Below are positions 1-7,174 of a stretch of DNA of 57,571 nucleotides, piece by piece. Every line of letters starts with the position of its first letter. Positions within the stretch are counted from its first letter, which is position 1. The translations under genes were made by a program, and so were the position numbers. Origin of the DNA: Coriobacteriia bacterium (lineage in GTDB: Bacteria > Actinomycetota > Coriobacteriia > Anaerosomatales > PHET01); assembly GCA_009779675.1 (NCBI GenBank), contig WRDS01000001.1, positions 1 to 57,571 on the forward strand, read 5' to 3'. The notes below the pieces were generated by a model. That model did no database searches. It saw only the letters and a program-made list of their open reading frames with translations, and was not told the DNA's origin.

Positions 1-155
1 ATCTATCAAGCGATAGAATAATGGGAGCCCTGAATACGAGCATCGAGCTACAGAAAAAGAGTCTCACATTGCAAGGAATCAGCACTGCATTACAAGGAAT
101 CAACGTCTTGCAACATAAAGAAATGCTTAGATTAGCAAAGATTAGAAACAGGATA

Positions 156-868
156 TTACAGAGTTAAAGTAAAAAGTGAGCGCATAGTGGAATGAAATCG
201 AGCGGGAGGGAATCTGGTCAATAGGCATAGCCGGGCTTTCCGGATTCCCGTCCTCTCACACCACCGTGCATACCGTTCGGTACCCGGCGGTTCGGCAGCT
301 TGAGTGCACCTCCTCGTACTTCTTGGATGCATCTGCATGTCCGCAACGTTTGAGAGGTTCGCTCGCAATGGTAGTGCCAAGGATCCAGCTGCTCGCAGTG
401 CGCCAATAGCCCTTCCGGATGTTCGCCTTACTGCCATGCCTGGCTCCTTGTCGCTTTAAGCCTCATCAGGCTGCGAACCCGCGCTGAGACCTTCTTCCGC
501 GGCTTCCAGATATACATCCCCGCAGCCTGCAGCGTATCCACTGGCTGAGCATCGGATGAGAGCCTTCATGTCGGCAATGCCGAAGTATTGGAGCCACCCG
601 TCGGCGTAGCGCCTCAGCTCGGAGACGACCACATCATAGCTCCGCCCTGGTTCCGCTTGGTGATCCATCTTACCCGCGCCCTGAACCTTTTGACGGACTT
701 CGGATGGATCCTCGCCCCTTTGGTCTTGTCGCTTCTCGTATAGAGGGCAAACCCCAAGGACTTGAGTTTTGTTGGCGAACCGACTCTGCTCTGGTCAATC
801 TCTTCGTCTCCCGAACTTGACCTCTCTAAATCCAGTCGTCCCGTCCGTGGTAGCAATATGCAGAACAA
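156..868 (-). pseudogene. Decayed group II intron-encoded reverse transcriptase/maturase (C-terminal half, frameshifted)
   Basis: Minus-strand ORF fragments 614..868, 456..668 and 156..437/218..406 read in series like the C-terminal half of bacterial intron-encoded proteins ('LGFALY..IHPKSVKRFRARVRWITKRN', 'ELRRYADGWLQYFGIAD', 'NRRVPNGMHGGVRGR' / 'EPPGTERYARWCERTG'). They are split over three frames. No intact RT block is present and I could not recognise domain V/VI downstream. Weak remnants may extend to about 1000. Confidence 0.6.
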
Positions 869-1066
869 ATGCTATTTCTATGAATAAGAACCGAGCCCAA
901 AATGAGACCAGTGGACAGGTGCTACTATGAGCGCAGAACGCAGGAATCGCTTTGGGCGGGAAGTCCTGGCGCAATAGCACAATTCTCGGATCTGATGACG
1001 TGCATCTATTCTGTTCGATCCGGTGGTTTGGCATACCCGCATTCATGAAATAGGGAGGCGCGAGAA

Positions 1067-2080
1067 GTGAAACCGCAAAAAGAGCTGAACTTTGCAAAAA
1101 CCCTCGTATCTTCCTATATAACGAACACGGCCTTCTTTGTACGGATTATCCCGACTGACAGATGTAATTTGAGCTGCAGCTACTGTTTTCAAAAGAACAA
1201 CGATTCTTCGGATATGTCGTGGGATTTATTCTGTCAAGTTCTTGAAAAGGCCGTCAGCCTAGAGGTTGGGCTTATGAGTTTCCTCGGCGGGGAACCTATG
1301 CTTTGGGATCATCTTTATGATGCGCTCGAGCTGTGTTCAAAGCAGAATATCATGACCGATTTGACGACAAACGGAACGTTGCTCGACGACACAACGATCC
1401 AGAAGCTCGGCAGTTCAGGGCTCGACTATTTGAATATCTCGGTCGATACACGCGACAGGAACTCCGTGTCGCGGAAGAACAGGCTCTTTGATGGCAATAT
1501 CGTTGCGGCGTTAAGCTCGGCAGAAAAAGCTTACCGCATGAAAACCAGAATGAACTCGGTAATTTACAACAACAACTTTGAAGATATTAAAGCACTGCTA
1601 GAGCTTTCAAAGCATCGCGACATTCCGATCTCACTTGGCTTCATCGTGCCCGATATGAAAAATCCCGGCGAAAAAGACATACACTTCTCAGAGCAGGATA
1701 GTGACCTATTGCACGAGATTGTTGACTACATCCTCGCGAAAAAAGATGAGCACTACCCCGTCATAGACCACAAATCATACTTCACGAATGTATTCAGGTT
1801 TCTCAGGCACGAGCAGTTTTGGAAGTGTAATTATCCAACAAGGTTTGGGTGGATCAACGTCGCCCCTAACGGAGCAATCCGAAGCTGTACCAAAAAAATG
1901 GATGCATTAGACATCGACTTCCTCTCATTGACACCGGAGAAAATCGCACGTCTCAAAGAGACCTTGGAGGAATCTGTAAAAGAGTGCAATCCTTATTGCT
2001 ACTCCAATTGCGCCTATGATTCTGCATATTATAAAGCGAATAAGGCATCTTTCGTTATTGATAAGTTTGTAAGGTTTTAA
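1067..2080 (+). CDS. Radical SAM enzyme with C-terminal Cys-rich (SPASM/twitch-like) region
   Basis: CxxxCxxC cluster 'DRCNLSCSYC', 'FLGGEPML' and 'TTNGTLL' motifs. C-terminal cysteines 'WKCNYP','RSCTKK','ECNPYCYSNC'. GTG start lies 8 nt after GGGAGG. The block is AT-richer than the rest of the window. Confidence 0.8.
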   Translation: MKPQKELNFAKTLVSSYITNTAFFVRIIPTDRCNLSCSYCFQKNNDSSDMSWDLFCQVLEKAVSLEVGLMSFLGGEPMLWDHLYDALELCSKQNIMTDLTTNGTLLDDTTIQKLGSSGLDYLNISVDTRDRNSVSRKNRLFDGNIVAALSSAEKAYRMKTRMNSVIYNNNFEDIKALLELSKHRDIPISLGFIVPDMKNPGEKDIHFSEQDSDLLHEIVDYILAKKDEHYPVIDHKSYFTNVFRFLRHEQFWKCNYPTRFGWINVAPNGAIRSCTKKMDALDIDFLSLTPEKIARLKETLEESVKECNPYCYSNCAYDSAYYKANKASFVIDKFVRF

Positions 2081-2092
2081 CCCCGGGCAGAT

Positions 2093-3502
2093 GTGAGCAG
2101 GCGCAAACAAATGAGGTACGTATTACAAAATAGGTGGAAGCTCGAGGATGGCCAGCTTATCTATTACGGTATTCGCAAAAAGCCGTATTTGAACAAGAAC
2201 ACCATCAGGCTCACAAAAAAGGAGATCGCGTTTTTCCGAGATCTCATAAACGGTACCTGTGATACTCAAAGTGAGCTTTTCGAGGCATATGTTGGTCAGG
2301 GCATTATTGTTCCGGAAGATAAGTACGTCAAAACACCGGGCACTCTCGATGACGCTACGTTTTGCAAATCCTGTATAGCAAACAATTACATTATCCCGGG
2401 AATTGAGTTTGATGAAGAGGGTCTGTGCCCTATATGTGCCGACACAGAGAAGCACCTGGTCTCGATACTGCCAATCCAGAACGTGTTCCAGCAGTCCAAG
2501 AACAGGGCAGGACGTTTTGATGTAGCGCTGTTTTACACTGGGGGCAAGGATTCAACCTACCTTCTATACTATTTGTCGAAGAAATTAAACCTCCGGGTGG
2601 TAGCCCTCACCTGGGAGCTTCCGTATATGTCCGACAATGCTCGGCAAAGCATTGAGAACGCACACAGGCTATTTCCCAATGTTGAGTTCGTTTCACGGCG
2701 GATTGCCGACGCTGATCTGAAACCAATGTTTAGAAAGTTGCTTGAGCTCCAAAACAACACCTGTGCATGCACTTCGATAGCCCATGCCATATTCTATTCA
2801 TTGCTTTGCGAGGAGCGGGTACCCTATGTGGTACTGGCTAACGAACCAGCTCAGATGAAGGCGCTTTATTACAACAGAATAGTGCCAAAAATGGCGTACA
2901 CCGCACGCGACAACAAGGCACTGGACTTCCTGATGAATGTGGGAAGACTCCTGTTATTGAAGAAGCCGCTCAAAAGCGGACAGCGGGAAATGCTTATGCT
3001 GGTCAGACAACTGGCATATGGCGACGGGTTGATCAAGCGGTTATCAGGTAGCAAGAATCAGCTGGTATCCAACGTGTGCCTGTCAATGGACTACATCCCT
3101 AATCTCAAACAGAATCTCAAAAGAGCAATACGGCAAAGCGATAGGCGAGCGCTGATGCCGGCATTCGTCCATGTTGATCTGAACGACATCTCAGAAAGTG
3201 ATACCTATGATTATGAGAGCGTGAAGGAGTTCCTCACAGCAGAGTGCGGCTTTGTTATGCCTCAAAGCAAACACAAGATATTGCACACGAGTTGCGCCGT
3301 GGAAGCCGCAAAAGATTACTCTCAATTCAAAAGATTCTATGACATGGAATCGCAGATCATGCCGTATTCTGCACTCGAATTGATCATCGCCTCAACGAAC
3401 AACAATATCGAGCGAGACGCTGCTATGGAGGAGATAAGACACGGTTTGGTCTTAGAGCAACCCCATGAGCACAAGGTAATGCAAGACTATTCGAACAGCT
3501 GA
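2093..3502 (+). CDS. PP-loop ATP pyrophosphatase, N-acetyl sugar amidotransferase-like (WbuX/PseA-type layout)
   Basis: Zn-ribbon-like 'CKSC-x17-CPIC' is followed by PP-loop 'FYTGGKDSTY' and 'RVVALTWELPYMSDNARQSIENA', the layout I associate with the TIGR03573 family. It lies 12 nt after the rSAM stop. Start is uncertain (GTG 2093 versus ATG 2111). Confidence 0.65.
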   Translation: MSRRKQMRYVLQNRWKLEDGQLIYYGIRKKPYLNKNTIRLTKKEIAFFRDLINGTCDTQSELFEAYVGQGIIVPEDKYVKTPGTLDDATFCKSCIANNYIIPGIEFDEEGLCPICADTEKHLVSILPIQNVFQQSKNRAGRFDVALFYTGGKDSTYLLYYLSKKLNLRVVALTWELPYMSDNARQSIENAHRLFPNVEFVSRRIADADLKPMFRKLLELQNNTCACTSIAHAIFYSLLCEERVPYVVLANEPAQMKALYYNRIVPKMAYTARDNKALDFLMNVGRLLLLKKPLKSGQREMLMLVRQLAYGDGLIKRLSGSKNQLVSNVCLSMDYIPNLKQNLKRAIRQSDRRALMPAFVHVDLNDISESDTYDYESVKEFLTAECGFVMPQSKHKILHTSCAVEAAKDYSQFKRFYDMESQIMPYSALELIIASTNNNIERDAAMEEIRHGLVLEQPHEHKVMQDYSNS

Positions 3503-3511
3503 TCAAAATGG

Positions 3512-4177
3512 ATGGGCACTGGCTCCAGCACTACTTGCGCGACCGTCGGTAATCCAACCATCAAAATGGATGTGGAGCCATTGGCCCCAGAAAAAAGACC
3601 GTTTCTTGGGTATGAGAATCTTGCAAACAGTATCACTATGCTGGGCTTATTCTTTGCTCTTGCAAGCTGTTACTTCGCAGGGTATAGGAATCTCAGACTG
3701 AGCATCATATGCCTTATCGTTTCCGGGATCTGCGACATGAGTGATGGTGCGGTTGCACGCATGATCAATCGGACAACTGAGGAAAAGAAATTTGGCATCC
3801 AATTGGACACGATCGCGGATGTCATCAGTTTTGGCGTAACCCCGGTAATCATTATGTTCTCGCTTGGCGCGAGGGCGTGGTACGTGCTTATTGTTTATGC
3901 CTTCTATGTAACCTGTGCGGTAATTCGGCTTGCACATTTCAACACCAGCGCTGTTCCGGACGTGCACAAGCCATATTACCGAGGATTGCCTGTAACGAAT
4001 GTCGCGTGGATCTTGCCTGCCATCACTCTTTTTGGTTCAGTACCTGCTGGTGTCGTGACTCTCGCAGTTCTCGGATTCTTTTTTGTCCTGAATATCAAAG
4101 TGCCGAAACTGCGCATAACGGTTATTCTCGGCCCGGTTCTGATGATTTCCTTGTTGCTGCTGTGGTGGCTACGCTAG
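3512..4177 (+). CDS. CDP-alcohol phosphatidyltransferase, small PssA-like
   Basis: 'CDMSDGAVARMINRTTEEKKFGIQLDTIADVISFGVTP' matches the D-x2-DG-x2-AR..G-x3-D-x3-D signature, with an R-to-G spacer about 3 residues longer than I recall for PssA/PgsA. Multiple hydrophobic helices. It lies 9 nt after the upstream stop. An alternative ATG exists at 3566. Confidence 0.8.
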   Translation: MGTGSSTTCATVGNPTIKMDVEPLAPEKRPFLGYENLANSITMLGLFFALASCYFAGYRNLRLSIICLIVSGICDMSDGAVARMINRTTEEKKFGIQLDTIADVISFGVTPVIIMFSLGARAWYVLIVYAFYVTCAVIRLAHFNTSAVPDVHKPYYRGLPVTNVAWILPAITLFGSVPAGVVTLAVLGFFFVLNIKVPKLRITVILGPVLMISLLLLWWLR

Positions 4178-4512
4178 TCTCTTGGGTCACCGCCTAATAC
4201 ATCTCCCGTATGCCTATCGAGATAAAGTGTTATCGACCCAAGTAGTGGATCTTGCGTAGTGGTAAAGGTGACTTTCCATACTCCTTGTTTTTGCGGACCA
4301 TACCCATCCATGCGTGCAACACTTGGCGAGTTAAAATTAGTGATTGTGTCTAAAGTTTGTTGCGATCCGCCAGATTTAAGATGTGCTCGGGCTATTTTTG
4401 CAGCTCCCTTGGCAGTTAATTCGGCTGGTTCGGTGCTGCTCGCTCCCCCCTTGCACCCTGATAGCATCACGAGAAGCGCGACGAAAACTAAGATCGCAGT
4501 AGCTTTTTGCAT
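4174..4512 (-). CDS. Small lipoprotein, PepSY-like
   Basis: Start trimmed to ATG 4512, 5 nt after AGGAG. Signal/lipobox 'MQKATAILVFVALLVMLSGC'. C-terminal 'WKVTFTT..ITLYLDRHTGDVLG' resembles a PepSY fold. Its 3' end converges on and overlaps the 3512..4177 stop by 4 nt. Confidence 0.55.
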   Translation of the reverse strand: MQKATAILVFVALLVMLSGCKGGASSTEPAELTAKGAAKIARAHLKSGGSQQTLDTITNFNSPSVARMDGYGPQKQGVWKVTFTTTQDPLLGSITLYLDRHTGDVLGGDPRD

Positions 4513-4939
4513 GAATGCTCCTGTCCCTTTATCAAGGTAGTTTTCATCAATGCGACCTCGCCTTTTGCATCTTGCTAATCGTTGAATAGTGACAACCACG
4601 CTTCCGGCTAATCGCACAGACGCCCATCCCGCTTCCGGTGTGGCCAATGGTGATCTGACCAATTTCTTCGTCACTGGACCTGCGCCGACTATATTGTCGC
4701 ACGTTCTTGATCACCTTGGCTCCATCAGCACTGCCAATCCGCACTGTAACTCTTTTTATCCGCACCACACTGGATGTTTTTGCAAGATTTTGGCATCCGG
4801 CAAGAACATTTGGCATCTTTCCGTCGTCTTAGTAATCACGGACAGGCTTTGGGCATGAGCGCCGCTCCCCAATAGACATGTCAGAACTCCGGTAACGCGA
4901 TAAACATGGAGGTGCATCATTGCAACCAAAATAAAGATC

Positions 4940-5848
4940 GTGCCGGTCAAAAAACAGGTAACCCCTAAATATCCGGATCAGTATTCCGTCGAGCTCAACC
5001 GTTTGCTGCTTGAAAACAGGCCGCTGCGCTGGTACGCAACGCCTGTGGCAGGCACTGTGTTGTCCGCTGTAGTCATACTTGGGCTTGCGGGGTGCAATAG
5101 CGGAGCCGCCTTGACGGGAGATTCTGCGCCTCAGCCCGCTCTTGGAACAGAAACCACAACCATGGGGGGTGTTGCGCCTCCGTCCGCTCCTGGGACGGGT
5201 GCCATAACAATGGGGGACTTTGCGCCTCCACCCATTTTCGGAACGCCGTTTTTCGAGCATGGCAATGGCGTCGGCACCTATGGCTGTCAGGCAGTTGCTG
5301 CACCGGTCTTCTTATCAGAAGACGACGCTTTTGCCATCATCAAAGACGAGTTCAAGAAGTCGGGTCTGGTCGTACGGCAAAATGGTGGCACGATCGAAAA
5401 TATCCAGATCCCGAAACCTAACCCGTACTATTCGCCACGCGATAATGATAGTCGCATGCAAACTGTAAAAGGCAGGCTTGATTTCGACTTTACCGTGCAG
5501 GGCAGAAACATCGTTATGGAATATGTTTCCACCGATGATATGCGTATGTGGGAATCTGCTGGGCCGGATGAAAATGGAATCATGCGGGTCTCAACTGTAT
5601 CGCGCTATGACTACAAAGAAGCTGCACGAACACTAAATGATGGCCTGAACAGATCCGATCACGGAAATGTGCATGGCGTGTTCTACGACCCGGTTGAACG
5701 GGTAGATATGATGAGCGTCTCAAAAGCCGATGACTGGAAAAAAGCCCGCGCTCGGCTCGAGAAGGAAGCGCGTCAACGAGCCTCCGCCGAGTTGCGAGAG
5801 CAAGTCAAGGATTTCATCGAGTGGCTCTCGGCGCAGGGGATCATTTAA
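4940..5848 (+). CDS. Hypothetical membrane-anchored/lipoprotein-like protein
   Basis: 302-aa ORF with a hydrophobic helix ending in lipobox-like 'LGLAGC', followed by a Gly/Pro/Thr-rich linker and a globular domain. The stop TAA is immediately followed by the ATG of the rSAM gene. The GTG start has no clear SD, so the start is uncertain. Confidence 0.5.
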   Translation: MPVKKQVTPKYPDQYSVELNRLLLENRPLRWYATPVAGTVLSAVVILGLAGCNSGAALTGDSAPQPALGTETTTMGGVAPPSAPGTGAITMGDFAPPPIFGTPFFEHGNGVGTYGCQAVAAPVFLSEDDAFAIIKDEFKKSGLVVRQNGGTIENIQIPKPNPYYSPRDNDSRMQTVKGRLDFDFTVQGRNIVMEYVSTDDMRMWESAGPDENGIMRVSTVSRYDYKEAARTLNDGLNRSDHGNVHGVFYDPVERVDMMSVSKADDWKKARARLEKEARQRASAELREQVKDFIEWLSAQGII

Positions 5849-6991
5849 ATGCACTATACGCTCCATCTGACCGCAGAATGCAACATGCGCTGCCAATACT
5901 GCTATGTCTCGCAGTCAGCGGATCGCATGTCTGCCGATACCGCGCATAAAGCCGTCGACCTTGCGTTGCGATCCGGCGGCCATCGCCTCGGCTTGATATT
6001 TTTTGGCGGTGAGCCGTTGTTGTGCCGTGACTTGATCGAAGACACCGTGGCGTATTCGACAGAGCAGGCGCACGCATCCGGGCATGGAAGGTTTTTCTAC
6101 AAAATAACTACCAACGGACTTCTTCTGGATGACGCGTTTTTGCAGTATGCCCGCACACACGACATATTTATCGCCCTGTCCATAGACGGGACAGAAAGGG
6201 CGCATGACGCCCACAGGCGGCAAAAGGGCGGTGCTCCCACGCATGATCGGGTCGTTGCCGCGGCGGAACGCCTGTTGCGATCCTTCCCGTATGCGCCAGC
6301 TCTGATGACCGTGAGCCCCGACACCGTGCAGTGGTATGCCGAGTCTGTTGAGTTCTTGTATTCGCTCGGCTTTCGATATCTGATCTGCTCGCTGCATTAC
6401 GCCGCCGAATGGGACAGGGCGGCACTCGGCGAGTTGAAACGGCAGTATGACAGGTTGGCATCGTTCTATTATGAACACACGGTCAAGGAGGATAAATTCT
6501 ATCTCAGCCCCTTTGATGTGAAGATAAGCAGCCATGTGCATAACAAGACATATCGTCACGAGCGCTGCGAGCTCGGGCAACACCAGCTCTCGATCGCGCC
6601 GGATGGCGGGATATATCCCTGCGTGCAGTTTGTAGGCGACGTTGGGTATAGGATCGGCGATGTGCAGAGCGGCATAGACGAAGAGGCTCGCAAGGCGCTA
6701 TACGTCCGGAACGAGACGGAAAAGCCGGGTTGCGACGACTGCGCGATCCAAAAGCGTTGCAACCACTACTGCGCGTGCTTGAACAAGCAGGCCACCGGCA
6801 GCATTGGTACCGTATCCGAAGTGCTCTGCGCCCACGAGCGCATTGTCCTGCCGATCGCCGACCGCGTTGCTGCGCGGCTGTACAAAAAGCGCAGCCCCAT
6901 GTTTATCCAAAAGCACTACAACGATCTATATCCATTGATATCACTCGCCGAGGATAAAGCCATAAAAGACGCCACGTGCGGCTCAGCATAG
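5849..6991 (+). CDS. Radical SAM/SPASM-domain maturase (anaerobic sulfatase-maturase-like)
   Basis: 'AECNMRCQYCY' CxxxCxxC cluster, 'FFGGEPLL', 'TTNGLLL'. C-terminal SPASM-type cysteines 'RCELG..YPCVQF..GCDDCAIQKRCNHYCACLN..LCAHE'. Length about 380 aa, as in AnSME-type enzymes. Confidence 0.8.
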   Translation: MHYTLHLTAECNMRCQYCYVSQSADRMSADTAHKAVDLALRSGGHRLGLIFFGGEPLLCRDLIEDTVAYSTEQAHASGHGRFFYKITTNGLLLDDAFLQYARTHDIFIALSIDGTERAHDAHRRQKGGAPTHDRVVAAAERLLRSFPYAPALMTVSPDTVQWYAESVEFLYSLGFRYLICSLHYAAEWDRAALGELKRQYDRLASFYYEHTVKEDKFYLSPFDVKISSHVHNKTYRHERCELGQHQLSIAPDGGIYPCVQFVGDVGYRIGDVQSGIDEEARKALYVRNETEKPGCDDCAIQKRCNHYCACLNKQATGSIGTVSEVLCAHERIVLPIADRVAARLYKKRSPMFIQKHYNDLYPLISLAEDKAIKDATCGSA

Positions 6992-6998
6992 AGCACAC

Positions 6999-7033
6999 GC
7001 GGGCTGCAGCCCCATGCTTGGAGTGCAGCCCGC
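6999..7033 (+). terminator. Stem-loop after the rSAM/SPASM gene
   Basis: GCGGGCTGCA-15 nt-TGCAGCCCGC (10-bp GC-rich stem), 8 nt after the stop at 6991. No clear U-tract. Confidence 0.35.
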
Positions 7034-7174
7034 GCTCTGGTCACGCTGTATGTCAGGTCTTACCCGGATCAGTTCTTGCTAGTGGTGTCAGATCCTGTCA
7101 ATGCCAAACTTTGTTAGCATCGGATCTTGCTGTACGTCAGATCTTGTTGCGCGTCGTGCCTACTTTTGCAGGCC

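Noticed and set aside
156-868. An active group II intron (mobile element).
   Set aside because: The maturase ORF is split over three frames and lacks the N-terminal RT domains. The space where ribozyme domains I-III should lie is occupied by the rSAM gene. I could not find a domain V-like hairpin downstream. It is a relic, not a functional retroelement.
902-1048. A 48-aa plus-strand ORF just upstream of the first radical SAM gene, considered as a RiPP precursor peptide.
   Set aside because: It has no Shine-Dalgarno sequence. It lies antisense to what look like further decayed remnants of the group II intron RT. Its sequence has no leader/core features or repeated Cys/Ser/Thr pattern.
1067-2080. 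The first radical SAM protein as a prokaryotic viperin-like antiviral enzyme.
   Set aside because: Size and the CxxxCxxC region are compatible. However, the C-terminal extra Cys cluster, the absence of a nucleotide kinase or other defence-type partners, and tight coupling to lipid/amidotransferase-type genes do not fit. This cannot be excluded without a profile search.
4513-4939. ORFs 4547..4816(-) and 4589..4858(+) in the 430-bp gap of the island.
   Set aside because: They overlap each other on opposite strands, lack an RBS, and show no motif I recognise. They may be gene debris, so I left them unannotated rather than guess.
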